A stretch of DNA of 64,000 nt from assembly GCA_963924815.1 (NCBI GenBank), contig CAWURO010000029.1:5616-69615 (forward strand), written 5' to 3'. Source of the stretch: an uncultured Bacteroidia bacterium (GTDB lineage Bacteria; Bacteroidota; Bacteroidia; NS11-12g; UBA9320). Shown here in pieces: positions 9,841 to 21,567 of this stretch (its first letter is position 1; each line of letters starts with the position of its first letter). The notes under the pieces are model-generated. The model saw only the letters and a list, made by a program, of their open reading frames with translations. It was not told the origin of the DNA and ran no database searches. The translations under genes were made by a program, and so were the position numbers.

Positions 9841-10770
9841 TTATATACGATGCACCAACTCTAGCTCGTAGCTACTTAGTTGTTTTTGTGCCTTTTCGTA
9901 ATCTCGGGTGAAACCCAAAATATAGCCCCCACCACCACTTCCGCAGAGTTTAAGGTAGTAATCGCCTGTTTCGATTCCTGTTCTCCACACTTCTCGAAAT
10001 GCCGGAGGAATCATAGGACTAAAATTTTGAAGTAGCAATGCTGAAAGATGTTTCAAATTGCCAAACAACGGATTAAAATCTCCTTTTAAGAAAGACTTAA
10101 TGCACGCGTCGTTATACTTTCTAAGCTCGCTTTTCATCATATTACGAAAACCTTGCTCTTTCATTTTCTCCATAAAAATTTGAACCATTGGTTGCGTTTC
10201 TCCCGGAGATTGGGTGTTTAATAAGAAGATAGCACCTTTACTATCTGATGTTTCTAGGGGCAGACCTACGGTGTCTAAATCTTCTTTAGACTTAATCACT
10301 ACCGGAAGGTTTAAGTAACAAATCAACGGATCTAAGCCTGAACTTTTACCGTGGAAATGAGATTCCATTTGTCCAAATATGGCTTTCAATGCTGAAAGTT
10401 CACCTTTGTTGACATTTTCAGAATCTATTTTATGTATCGCATATTTGTCGTAAATAGCTGCGACAAGTGCGCCACTACTGCCTACGCCAAAACCTTGAGG
10501 TATCGTAGAATCAAATGAAAGTCCCTGCTGAATATCTTTTTTGAATGCTTGTAAATCGAGTTTTGCTATCCCCTCATCAGAAGTATCAAGATACGATAAG
10601 TAGGTGTAATAGGTACGCAGATGCTCGTTTGATTCGGAGTACTTGTCTTCTGCAAAGTGAAATTTACCCTTGTAAAAATTATAAGGAATAGACAGTCCCA
10701 TTGCATCTTGAATAATGCCATACTCACCGAAGAGAAGTATTTTACTATAGAAAAGTGATTCTTTAATCAT
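9841..10770 (-). CDS. GHMP-family kinase (mevalonate kinase or phosphomevalonate kinase candidate)
   Basis: N-terminal KILLFGEYGI and GHMP ATP-binding motif PQGFGVGSSGALVAA. A TATCTTTG -7-like box (10781-10788, minus strand) sits just upstream. Confidence 0.7.
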   Translation of the reverse strand: MIKESLFYSKILLFGEYGIIQDAMGLSIPYNFYKGKFHFAEDKYSESNEHLRTYYTYLSYLDTSDEGIAKLDLQAFKKDIQQGLSFDSTIPQGFGVGSSGALVAAIYDKYAIHKIDSENVNKGELSALKAIFGQMESHFHGKSSGLDPLICYLNLPVVIKSKEDLDTVGLPLETSDSKGAIFLLNTQSPGETQPMVQIFMEKMKEQGFRNMMKSELRKYNDACIKSFLKGDFNPLFGNLKHLSALLLQNFSPMIPPAFREVWRTGIETGDYYLKLCGSGGGGYILGFTRDYEKAQKQLSSYELELVHRI

Positions 10771-10940
10771 TTAAGCGAAGCAAAGATAGTTATTTTGATT
10801 TAGGATGAGGGAAATCGGATGTATATACGCTGATTTTAGATGTATGCTCGACCATTTTTTTGTGCCTAACACTTTTGATTAACTACGGTAACACTATTTA
10901 AGCTTTTATAAATACGACATCAACACAGATTTTTTTCTGC

Positions 10941-11969
10941 TTAAAGTCTCTCCGCTCCCATTCCCACATCATCGTGGATAAACGCACCGTTTTCACAGTA
11001 TTGAGCGAGTTCTTCTTCTATAAATGCTTTTGCGGCGGCCTGGTCTGCCTGCGGATACAGAAAATGTACATTGGCTCCTGCGTCTAGCGTAAAGCACCAT
11101 TTTACTCCATCTTTTTCTCTTTTTGCCCAGATAGCTTCTATGATTTTGAGCGTATTGGGCTTCATTAAAATGAAATACGGATTACTACTCATCATCAAAC
11201 TATGCAGTGTGAGTGCTTCGCTTTCTACCAGATTGATAAATCCATCTAAATCTCCTGATTTTAGGATGGCTTTAATCGCCGTCATATTCTCGCCTGCTTG
11301 TGAAAATCGAGCAGTAGCATACGGATTATCATCTATGAGACCGTGACCTACGGTGCTACTGACAGTCTTCTGTCCTTTGTGTACTAGTAGTATGGTATCG
11401 CAGTAGCTCTTGAATACTTCTGCTACATTATCATACGCTATCGCAAAATTGTCACTGCTCCCTGCAAAATCACTGTGCTCACCCCACTGCCCTATTGGTC
11501 CATAGATGCTTCGGCTTGCACTTCCACTTCCTAATCTGGCCAGTATAGACGCAGTTTGTTTGAAGTCTTTTTCCGCTAATAATCCTTTTTCTTTTGCAAT
11601 ATCGCAAATACAAAGTGCTAATGCGCTCATACCGCTGGCGCTACTGGCTATACCGCTACTATGCGGAAAGCTATTACTGGTATCTATAATGTACTTCCCT
11701 GTGGTAACGAATGGAAAGATATGAGCGATACGTTTTAGAAACTGCTCTATCTTAGGCACAAAACTTGGTTCGTGGTTTCCTTCCAAAAGCACGGTAATTT
11801 CTAAATCGGCTTGTTCTACCAACGTAAGTTTGGTGGTTGTAGCACAATTATTTAGCGTGAAGCTAATAGAAGCATTGCTCGGCATTTGAGTTCCTTCCGG
11901 CTTTTTACCCCAATATTTTACGAGTGCTATATTGCTAGGACTCTTCCAGGCGGCGGTGTAAGTGGTCAT
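10941..11969 (-). CDS. mvaD: Diphosphomevalonate decarboxylase
   Basis: AWKSPSNIALVKYWGK N-terminal signature, HSSGIASSASG GHMP motif, about 342 aa. Confidence 0.85.
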   Translation of the reverse strand: MTTYTAAWKSPSNIALVKYWGKKPEGTQMPSNASISFTLNNCATTTKLTLVEQADLEITVLLEGNHEPSFVPKIEQFLKRIAHIFPFVTTGKYIIDTSNSFPHSSGIASSASGMSALALCICDIAKEKGLLAEKDFKQTASILARLGSGSASRSIYGPIGQWGEHSDFAGSSDNFAIAYDNVAEVFKSYCDTILLVHKGQKTVSSTVGHGLIDDNPYATARFSQAGENMTAIKAILKSGDLDGFINLVESEALTLHSLMMSSNPYFILMKPNTLKIIEAIWAKREKDGVKWCFTLDAGANVHFLYPQADQAAAKAFIEEELAQYCENGAFIHDDVGMGAERL

Positions 11970-12020
11970 TTATAATTAGAAGTAACAAAGGTAAACGGTG
12001 TTTAGTGAATACAAAATGGG

Positions 12021-12947
12021 TTATTTGATAAGTTCAGAATAAGATAAAACGGTTTCAAATCCTTTTTGATGAAAGTAGTTCGGTGTTTGGTTGTCACCAC
12101 ACGCTAAAATAAAATCACCGCCCCAAGCACCTAAACTTTTGATCGCAAAAGGATAATCTGCAAATAATTTTTCTTTTACCGTAGGCATTTCGATTATGCC
12201 CGAAATACATGTTTCATGTGCTGTAATAAGTTGCTGAAACGCATCAAAATCTTGGCAAGCAATCAGCGCTTCTGTTAGGTTAGAAATAGTTTCTATATCC
12301 TGAACTTTGACTTTTTTGCTTTTGTATGCAGCTATTCCCTCACGGCTATCTTGTTTTTGGTTCAAGTGAACGAGGTACAACTTATCTTTAAAAGAAGGTT
12401 GGTACACATAGCCTTCCCACATTGCTGGACTGCGATACAAAACATCCCCTCCAAGCATCCCCACGGCGATGTCGTATCCACTACCTCCAAAACTAGCTTC
12501 TAGCAGTTCAAAGGCATCTACTTCTGCCCATTTAGAAATATTGCAGAGTAAGGTGCTGCTGCTGCCAAGCCCCCAGTTATTTGGAAAATCAAGATGCGTT
12601 TTCACTACGTAACTTCCGTTTTTCAAAAACTCAGGATTTAAGGCAATCGCCTTAGTTAGTATTTGACAAAGTTTATCGCTTATCGCATTGGTGTTGCACA
12701 CATCCATCGGATGCGTTTGTACCTGTATTTGATTATTAGCTTCTACCAATAAAAACTCTTCTCGGTACCAGGTTTCACCTTCACTGTCTATGCTATACCA
12801 CGTTAGTGTATTATCGGCCAGGTTTTCTTCAAATAACACTTCCATTTTCTGGCCCAATTTGGTGGGCACCGCCAAGGATAATGCAGAATCTAATACCACA
12901 TACTCGCCTGTGATTAATAATTTGCCATGTGAAAAGAAAGTTTGCAC
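12021..12947 (-). CDS. GHMP-family kinase (phosphomevalonate kinase or mevalonate kinase candidate)
   Basis: HGKLLITGEYVVL N-terminus and NNWGLGSSSTLL GHMP motif. Clustered with mvaD. Confidence 0.65.
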   Translation of the reverse strand: MQTFFSHGKLLITGEYVVLDSALSLAVPTKLGQKMEVLFEENLADNTLTWYSIDSEGETWYREEFLLVEANNQIQVQTHPMDVCNTNAISDKLCQILTKAIALNPEFLKNGSYVVKTHLDFPNNWGLGSSSTLLCNISKWAEVDAFELLEASFGGSGYDIAVGMLGGDVLYRSPAMWEGYVYQPSFKDKLYLVHLNQKQDSREGIAAYKSKKVKVQDIETISNLTEALIACQDFDAFQQLITAHETCISGIIEMPTVKEKLFADYPFAIKSLGAWGGDFILACGDNQTPNYFHQKGFETVLSYSELIK

Positions 12948-13149
12948 GTGTGCGAATTTAGCAGAACCCCAAAGTTAAAATGGTACGATTTCATACTTTT
13001 CTCAAATAGCGCACCATTCTAGGCCTTTTCCATTCCCTAACACTCAATAGTACGGCCCGATTATTTTTATGTTTTATCCGTAAATTTCTTATTTATACCT
13101 ATTCAAGCCAAGCATAAATCATCAAATTTCATTACGTTTGAGGTATAAA

Positions 13150-14784
13150 ATGAGTCCATCTGAATTAGCATTTAATAAAAACGAAGACACCAATAAGATT
13201 TTATTGAGTGACTACGCCAAATTAGCTAAGAAAATATACCAAGGGGGTGGTGAAAAATCTGCCGCTAAACAAAAAGATCAAGGCAAATTACTAGCACGTG
13301 AGCGCATTACTTACCTTAAAGATGATGACGCTGACTTTTTAGAAATTGGCACATTCGTAGGATATGACATGTATCCAGAATACGGAGGTTGTCCTGCAGG
13401 AGGTGTAGTAGGTGGTATTACCAAAGTAGCGGGTAGACAATGCCTAATTGTGGCCAATGATGCTACAGTTAAGGCAGGTGCTTGGTTCCCAATTACCGCT
13501 AAAAAGAACCTTCGATTTCAAGAAATTGCCTTAGAAAACAACTTGCCCATTATCTATTTGGTAGATAGCGCAGGCGTTTTCTTACCCATGCAAGACGAGA
13601 TATTTCCAGACAAAGAACACTTTGGTAGGATATTTAGAAATAATGCCATACTCAGCAGTAGAGGTATTCCTCAAATAGCTGCAGTCATGGGAAGTTGCGT
13701 TGCAGGTGGTGCATACTTGCCCATTATGAGTGACGAGGCTCTCATTGTAGATAAAACGGGAAGTATATTTTTAGCAGGCAGCTACTTAGTAAAAGCAGCT
13801 ATCGGTGAAAATATAGACAACGAAACACTCGGAGGATCTGTTTCCCAAACAGACTTATCTGGGGTTATTGACGACCGTTTCCCCAATGACGAAGCTTGTT
13901 TAGACCGCATCAAGTTTTTGATGGATAAAGTAGGATCATTTGAAAAAGCAGGCTTCAGTAGAACCAAAGCATTTAAACCTAAATTAAAGGAAAAAGAACT
14001 TTACGGACATCTACCGGCAGAACGTTCTAAAACGTATAACACCCTAGAAATTATTCATCGATTGGTGGACAATTCTGAGTTTGAGCAATACAAGGAAAAG
14101 TATGGGAAAACTATTCTTTGTGGTTATGCCCGCATAGATGGTTGGGCTGTTGGCATTGTTGCCAATAACCGTGAACTGGTAAAAAGCGAGAAAGGTGAAA
14201 TGCAATTTGGTGGAGTTATATACTCTGACAGTGCTGACAAAGCAGCGCGTTTTATCATGAACTGTAATCAAAAGAAAGTACCTCTTTTATTCTTGCAAGA
14301 CGTTACAGGCTTCATGGTAGGCAGCAGAAGTGAGCATGGCGGAATAATAAAGGATGGAGCAAAATTAGTAAGCGCTATGAGCAACAGCACCGTTCCTAAA
14401 TTTACCGTGATAATGGGCAATAGTTATGGAGCTGGTAACTACGCCATGTGCGGCAAAGCTTATGATCCAAGACTTATCGTAGCTTGGCCAAGTGCCAAGA
14501 TCGCCGTAATGGGTGGCGAGCAAGCAGCAAAGGTTTTATTGCAAATAGAAAAAGCAAGCTTAGCTAAAAAAGGAGAAGTGATAACCGAAGAAAAGGAACA
14601 AGCACTGCTTTCTAAAATAATCGATCGATACAATAAACAAACAACTCCAGAATATGCCGCATCTAGACTTTGGGTGGATGAGATAATTGACCCACTACAT
14701 ACCCGAAAATGGGTCAGTGCGGGTATAGAAATGGCCAACAATGCACCTGTGGCAAAGTATAATGTAGGTGTGATTCAAACTTAA
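13150..14784 (+). CDS. Acyl-CoA carboxylase carboxyltransferase (beta) subunit, methylcrotonyl-/propionyl-CoA carboxylase type
   Basis: Two carboxyltransferase halves, with GGAYLP and GNSYGAGNYAMCG motifs. About 545 aa from ATG 13150. The listed TTG 13138 is an alternative start. Confidence 0.85.
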   Translation: MSPSELAFNKNEDTNKILLSDYAKLAKKIYQGGGEKSAAKQKDQGKLLARERITYLKDDDADFLEIGTFVGYDMYPEYGGCPAGGVVGGITKVAGRQCLIVANDATVKAGAWFPITAKKNLRFQEIALENNLPIIYLVDSAGVFLPMQDEIFPDKEHFGRIFRNNAILSSRGIPQIAAVMGSCVAGGAYLPIMSDEALIVDKTGSIFLAGSYLVKAAIGENIDNETLGGSVSQTDLSGVIDDRFPNDEACLDRIKFLMDKVGSFEKAGFSRTKAFKPKLKEKELYGHLPAERSKTYNTLEIIHRLVDNSEFEQYKEKYGKTILCGYARIDGWAVGIVANNRELVKSEKGEMQFGGVIYSDSADKAARFIMNCNQKKVPLLFLQDVTGFMVGSRSEHGGIIKDGAKLVSAMSNSTVPKFTVIMGNSYGAGNYAMCGKAYDPRLIVAWPSAKIAVMGGEQAAKVLLQIEKASLAKKGEVITEEKEQALLSKIIDRYNKQTTPEYAASRLWVDEIIDPLHTRKWVSAGIEMANNAPVAKYNVGVIQT

Positions 14785-14790
14785 AAATTA

Positions 14791-16335
14791 ATGAAAAAGT
14801 ATAGTATAATAATAGCGCTAATTGCTGCTACATCAAGCATTTATGCTCAAAATCCGAGTGACCAATTTTGGCATTTAGCACCAAATAGTTCTAAAATAAA
14901 CTCCGGAGTGGGGCTTGAAGAAGCCATAGCAATGATGAAGGATAAAAAACCTATTACAATAGTGGTGGCAGTTGCTGATGCTGGTGTCGATGTTTATCAT
15001 CCAGATCTCAAAAATAGGCTATGGACCAATAAAGGTGAAATAGCCGATAACGGTATAGATGACGACGGAAACGGCTACAAAGATGATGTTTATGGTTGGA
15101 ACTTTATCGGAGGCACTATTGAGGATAACTTGGAGGTTACTCGAGAATACCGCCGACTGAAGACTATTTATGAAGGCAATATCGAAGCGCAAGAAAAAAA
15201 CCCGACGGATTATGCTAGATATCTAGCTATAAAAAAAGACTTTCTGGAAAACAGCGTAAATGCTACGCTCTATTTTGAGGCCTACGAAGGTTTAAAACTG
15301 GGTATGGATTTTTTAGCAGATACCTATGGAGAGGATATGACAATCGCCGAACTAATAGCGCATCAAAGCAAAAGCAAATTTGAAGAGTCTGCTAAACAAG
15401 TGCTTTTAAGTAATTCAAAGAAACGACCGCTTAATTTTAAGGCGATGAGAGAAGGCTTAAATGAGGGATACGAACATTTTAAACAACAAGCAAAATACAA
15501 CTACAATGTAGACTTCGACCCTAGACCAGAAAATGTAGGGGATGATTACGCAGATGTAACCAATAGAATTTATGGTAATGACAGCGTTTACTATGGTGAG
15601 CACTCGTCTCATGGTACTCACGTTGCCGGTATCATAGCAGCAGATGCGAGCAATGATTTTGGCGCTCAAGGTATATGTCAAAGTTGCGAAATTATGAGTA
15701 TCCGAAATGTACCCGATGGAGACGAGCGCGATAAAGATGTAGCTAATGGCATTCGATACGCTGTAGATAATGGCGCTAAAATCGTGAACATGAGTTTCGG
15801 AAAAGGGTATGCCTACAATGTAGACGTCGTTAAAAAAGCCATTAAATACGCAGAGAGTAAAGGTGTACTGCTGGTACATGCAGCAGGAAACAGCAATCAA
15901 AACAATGACATCACTGACAACTTTCCGAAAAATTTTGATGCCAGCAATAACTGGATTGAAGTGGGCGCACTAAGTTGGATGAAAAAGCCAAATAAAATTG
16001 CAGAATTCTCTAACTACGGTCAAAAGGAAGTGGATCTTTTTGCCCCGGGAGTGGCTATTTATTCTACCACACCTGAAAATAAATACGAAGCATTTGACGG
16101 AACCAGTATGGCAAGTCCTGTAGTGGCAGGCGTAGCTGGTTTTGTGTGGAGCTATTACCCTAATCTTACCGCTGCTGAGTTAAGAGAAATATTATTGGAA
16201 AGTGCTATCCCTATTAAAGGCCGTCAACGTATACCTGGTCAAAAAAAGAAAGTTAACATAAATACTTTAGCTAAAACAGGCGCAGAAATAAATCTTCCAG
16301 CTGCATTAAAACTTGCCGAAACTAGATCTAAATAA
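14791..16335 (+). CDS. Secreted S8 (subtilisin-family) serine peptidase
   Basis: Signal peptide. Catalytic triad contexts VADAGVD (Asp), HGTHVAGIIAA (His) and GTSMASPVVAG (Ser). Confidence 0.9.
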   Translation: MKKYSIIIALIAATSSIYAQNPSDQFWHLAPNSSKINSGVGLEEAIAMMKDKKPITIVVAVADAGVDVYHPDLKNRLWTNKGEIADNGIDDDGNGYKDDVYGWNFIGGTIEDNLEVTREYRRLKTIYEGNIEAQEKNPTDYARYLAIKKDFLENSVNATLYFEAYEGLKLGMDFLADTYGEDMTIAELIAHQSKSKFEESAKQVLLSNSKKRPLNFKAMREGLNEGYEHFKQQAKYNYNVDFDPRPENVGDDYADVTNRIYGNDSVYYGEHSSHGTHVAGIIAADASNDFGAQGICQSCEIMSIRNVPDGDERDKDVANGIRYAVDNGAKIVNMSFGKGYAYNVDVVKKAIKYAESKGVLLVHAAGNSNQNNDITDNFPKNFDASNNWIEVGALSWMKKPNKIAEFSNYGQKEVDLFAPGVAIYSTTPENKYEAFDGTSMASPVVAGVAGFVWSYYPNLTAAELREILLESAIPIKGRQRIPGQKKKVNINTLAKTGAEINLPAALKLAETRSK

Positions 16336-16338
16336 AAG

Positions 16339-17955
16339 ATGAAAAAGCTATTTTACTTCCTCACGTTAGTTATTGTTTTTATGAGTTCTTGTGGAGAACC
16401 AAAAATAGCCGTAGATCAAATACTCATTGCAGACAAAATTTATATCTGCAATGAGCAATTTGATGTTACAGAAGCTATTGCGATAACCGATGGTAAGATT
16501 GTAGACTTTGGCACAGCGAAAGAAATTAAATCTAAGTACGCCGGCAAAATTGAAGAGGTAGATGGTACTATTTATCCGGGATTTATTGACGCGCATTCAC
16601 ACTTTTACGGGTATAGCTTAACCTTACATAAAGTTAATTTAATCAACGTTAGTAGCCTAGACGAACTTATAGATAGAACCATAGCATTTGCCAAAACGTC
16701 CAACGAAGCATGGATTACTGGCCGAGGCTGGGATCAAACTACATGGGAAGAGAAAGGTACCTTAACGAATAATTTACTAAACGCCTATTTCCCCAATACA
16801 CCCGTTTTTCTAAAACGAGTTGACGGGCATGCAGGATTGGCCAACGCTAAAGCACTAGAGCTAGCAGGCATATCTGTAAATACTAACGTGGCAGGAGGAA
16901 CTATCGAAATCCAAAATGGACGATTGACAGGTATACTTACCGATAATGCAATGAATCTCATTGACAACATTGTTCCAGCACCTTCTAGATCAAGTGAAAT
17001 TAAAGCGTTACTAATGGGCCAGCAAGCATGTTTTAATGCTGGACTTACTACTGTAACCGACGCAGGCTTAGATCTAGGTACGATACTACTCATCGATAGT
17101 TTACAAAAAACTGGAGATTTAACCATTAGGGTATATGCAATGGCTAATCCAACCGATGAAAATTTTGAATATTTCAAAAAGAATGGTCCTATTGCTAACG
17201 ATAAACTGCAAGTCTCCTCCTTTAAGTTGTACGCCGACGGATCTTTAGGTTCTAGGGGAGCAAAACTCAAACAACCTTATTGCGACCATGCCGATCATAG
17301 CGGTGTGTGGGTTACAGAACCCAACGAACTGGTGAAATTATACCAACAGGTATACGATATTCATTTTCAAGCCAACACGCATTGTATAGGCGACAGTGCC
17401 AATAAACGTGTATTGGAGATTTACGGTAATTTCCTAAAAGGAAAGAACGATAAACGCTGGAGAATTGAACATGCCCAAGTGGTATCTCCAGAAGACAGAA
17501 CCTTATTTTCAAAATACTCCATTATACCTTCGGTACAACCTACTCATGCCACCAGTGATATGCGTTGGGCAGACAAACGCTTATGTAACACGCGAATGAA
17601 TGGTGCTTATGCGTATAAAAGTCTACTCAAACTAAATGGATGGATGCCATTGGGTACAGATTTTCCGGTAGAGGATATCTCGCCTTTAAAGACATTTTTT
17701 GCCGCTGTTTATCGACAAGACACTAAAAATCAACCTATGGGCGGATTCCAAATGGAAGAAGCACTAAGTCCGAAAGAAGCCTTACTGGGCATGACTTTAT
17801 GGGCCGCGCGAGGCAATACTATGGAACAAAAAATAGGTTCGCTCGAAAAAGGCAAACTTGCCGACTTTGTTATTCTAGCTGAGGACATCTACCCAGAGAA
17901 ATATATGCTGAAAACAAAAGTAACCGGCACTTATTTGGAAGGCGTTAAAAAGTAA
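16339..17955 (+). CDS. Amidohydrolase-family metal-dependent hydrolase (YtcJ-like), lipoprotein
   Basis: Lipoprotein signal (VIVFMSSCG). HxH metal site GFIDAHSHF. Amidohydrolase-3-like length. Confidence 0.75.
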   Translation: MKKLFYFLTLVIVFMSSCGEPKIAVDQILIADKIYICNEQFDVTEAIAITDGKIVDFGTAKEIKSKYAGKIEEVDGTIYPGFIDAHSHFYGYSLTLHKVNLINVSSLDELIDRTIAFAKTSNEAWITGRGWDQTTWEEKGTLTNNLLNAYFPNTPVFLKRVDGHAGLANAKALELAGISVNTNVAGGTIEIQNGRLTGILTDNAMNLIDNIVPAPSRSSEIKALLMGQQACFNAGLTTVTDAGLDLGTILLIDSLQKTGDLTIRVYAMANPTDENFEYFKKNGPIANDKLQVSSFKLYADGSLGSRGAKLKQPYCDHADHSGVWVTEPNELVKLYQQVYDIHFQANTHCIGDSANKRVLEIYGNFLKGKNDKRWRIEHAQVVSPEDRTLFSKYSIIPSVQPTHATSDMRWADKRLCNTRMNGAYAYKSLLKLNGWMPLGTDFPVEDISPLKTFFAAVYRQDTKNQPMGGFQMEEALSPKEALLGMTLWAARGNTMEQKIGSLEKGKLADFVILAEDIYPEKYMLKTKVTGTYLEGVKK

Positions 17956-18127
17956 ATCGTGCTTTAGTAAACTTATTTAGGTTTACTTAAATTTCTATTT
18001 TTCTAAATAATACAATTGATTTAACCTTCTCTTTGAGGCACAAAAAATGGACGATAAGATGAAAAAATCACTCCAATTGTCCATATTTTAATTGGTGCAA
18101 AGTCACTCGTATTGAGTGATATGTATA

Positions 18128-19417
<1,290 letters not shown>

Positions 19418-19493
19418 TTTATTCTGATTGACCCTAATTGGATGTTGCGAAAGTACCTTTATTTATACTGATTTAAAAGACTAACAACCATAT

Positions 19494-19525
19494 TTTTAGT
19501 ATGTTTTAAGAATGAATTAGATTTG
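19494..19525 (+). promoter_or_regulatory. Possible promoter for the 19543 gene (TAGATTTG -7 box with a weak T-rich -33 region)
   Basis: TAGATTTG at 19518-19525 lies 17 nt upstream of ATG 19543. The -33 region is only TTTTAG. A TAnnTTTG motif alone is expected by chance many times in AT-rich DNA. Confidence 0.3.
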
Positions 19526-19542
19526 TAATAAATAAAAAATAA

Positions 19543-20208
19543 ATGTCTGAAGATATTGTACAAATAATAGGTGGATTAAACACGAAAGCTGGCTTAAAAC
19601 AGCATATTTATAGAAACACACTTACGGTATTTGAAGAACTAAAAAGATGTGCTAAAGATATAGCCGAAAAACTCACTCCTGAGGTTATCAAAAAAGACCC
19701 ATCTCTAGAAGTACAGTTTTTTGAAAAAGGAGAGTTCGAATTTCACCTTAAATTCAGTGGGGACACTATAGCATTTATTATGCATACCAACGTATTTACG
19801 TTTCCCCCAGAGCATGAAGTGAGTAAAATGGAGTATGTTACAGAAGCTTATGGGAGAGGATACTGCGGTATGATAATGGCCTATAATTTTCTTTCAGATT
19901 CTATAAAGTATCAAAGACTAGGCGATATCGGCTATCTGTTAGCTCGACTCTTTATAAACTCCGAAGGACATTTTTATGTAGATGGACAACGACAATTAGA
20001 CTTTCTGTTCAAAAATTTTAGCCAACAAGAAATAGACGAAACGGCCATCATTAAAATCATAGAGCAAACCATGCTGTATGCACTCGATTTTGACCTCTAT
20101 GTGCCTCCTATGGAAGCCATGGGAGATATGACCTTGGAACAAAAAAACTACGTAAATAATCCGAGTGGTTTTGCAACCGGAAAACGTTTGGGTTTTAAGA
20201 ATGAATAA
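19543..20208 (+). CDS. Hypothetical protein (soluble, 221 aa)
   Basis: Clean ORF with an ATG start and sensible composition. I recognise no motif. Confidence 0.6.
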   Translation: MSEDIVQIIGGLNTKAGLKQHIYRNTLTVFEELKRCAKDIAEKLTPEVIKKDPSLEVQFFEKGEFEFHLKFSGDTIAFIMHTNVFTFPPEHEVSKMEYVTEAYGRGYCGMIMAYNFLSDSIKYQRLGDIGYLLARLFINSEGHFYVDGQRQLDFLFKNFSQQEIDETAIIKIIEQTMLYALDFDLYVPPMEAMGDMTLEQKNYVNNPSGFATGKRLGFKNE

Positions 20209-20209
20209 T

Positions 20210-20473
20210 TTAAATATTCAACTCCATCCACTCCACTCCATTGGCTGTAGCTTTGAAGGAACTCTCTCGCATTTTATCGCTATCATACACCCACGACAAC
20301 GTATTGAAATCGTTAGCTGCAACCAGTAATTTGTAATGGATTAGATTTTTAACCGCATCTGCTATTACACTGGCTTTTTTTTCGGCTTGCACCTCCGAAA
20401 CTATGCTCTCAAAACTCTCCGAAAAAATACACAACCGGAGCACTTCCATCTCCAACTCGGGAAGCTCTATCAT
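20210..20473 (-). CDS. Small hypothetical protein, translationally coupled to the upstream glycosyltransferase
   Basis: ATG 20473 overlaps the GT2 stop as ATGA. The listed start at 20494 would overlap by 25 nt. No recognisable motif. Confidence 0.5.
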   Translation of the reverse strand: MIELPELEMEVLRLCIFSESFESIVSEVQAEKKASVIADAVKNLIHYKLLVAANDFNTLSWVYDSDKMRESSFKATANGVEWMELNI

Positions 20474-21567
20474 TTTAATTTTCTTTCTTTCCATTGGTAT
20501 TTTAACACTTGTGATAACGGCGGCAAAATGGCCATGTACATGATATGAAACGGCTGTCCTATCAAAATGGTTTTAAACCAACCCAATAAACTAAAAAACG
20601 AGCTAAAGGAACTGTAAAACTTATCTTCGGCAAGTACCTTGAGCACTACCAATAGTGCTGCTGCTGTGCATCCCAAACTACTGAATGACAAAAAAGATAA
20701 CAGTATCACCAAGTTATACAACCATACGAAAGCAAGTACACGTGTATTTTGTTTTAGATCATAATCGCCATTTTTGCTGGCCCACCGTATCCGTTGATTC
20801 AAAAATTCCCGAAAATGCTGTGGCCCCGATGTCATTACCATAGCATCTTGTTTTTTATTAAAACAAATCCCCTCGAGGCTAGTAGCATGCACATGTTGCA
20901 TTAAATAGATATCGTCTCCACTGGCTTTATTCTCCCTATAATCGAATGATTGCAAAATATTTTTACGATACGCCAGATTCGCACCATTACATAGCATAGG
21001 CTTTCCCCAAGCTATATGTGCCGCTCCTATGGCTATAAGTGCATTAAAGTCTAACCTTACCATCTTTGACCAAAAATTAGTCGTTGCATAAAAATCTACC
21101 GGACCGCTTACCAACTGCACTTTTTCTTGGGCAAAAGGATGAAGCATAGATACCAACCAAGTTGACGGCAATACACAATCAGCATCTGTTTGCAGTACAA
21201 TATCTCCATAAGCGTGCTGCCACGCCAGTTTTAAGGCTTCTTTTTTACCCGTTAGTGAGTTATTCAACACTTTGTGCCTAAGCGAAATATTATTAGCCGC
21301 CAGAACCTTCACGCTGCTATCCGTGCTATGGTCGTTAATTAAAAGTACTTCTACTTGGTGCGGCCCAAGTTCTAAACCATTTAAAGAGGTAATCAAATTC
21401 GTTAAATTTTCGGCTTCGTTGCGAAATGGGATCACGATAGTTACTGAAGTAGCAAACGACTCGTTTGTAGGAGACAGCTTTATGTTGTTCCAGCGTTCAG
21501 CATACAAACTAAGTAGCCTATAGTACCCTACTCCCATAAACAATATGATACAAATATAGAGTATCAT
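20470..21567 (-). CDS. Family 2 glycosyltransferase (membrane-associated)
   Basis: N-terminal TM helix. GT-A features VTIVIPFRNE and LQTDADC (DxD-like). QRIRWA motif typical of processive GT2 enzymes. C-terminal TM helices. Confidence 0.8.
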   Translation of the reverse strand: MILYICIILFMGVGYYRLLSLYAERWNNIKLSPTNESFATSVTIVIPFRNEAENLTNLITSLNGLELGPHQVEVLLINDHSTDSSVKVLAANNISLRHKVLNNSLTGKKEALKLAWQHAYGDIVLQTDADCVLPSTWLVSMLHPFAQEKVQLVSGPVDFYATTNFWSKMVRLDFNALIAIGAAHIAWGKPMLCNGANLAYRKNILQSFDYRENKASGDDIYLMQHVHATSLEGICFNKKQDAMVMTSGPQHFREFLNQRIRWASKNGDYDLKQNTRVLAFVWLYNLVILLSFLSFSSLGCTAAALLVVLKVLAEDKFYSSFSSFFSLLGWFKTILIGQPFHIMYMAILPPLSQVLKYQWKERKLK

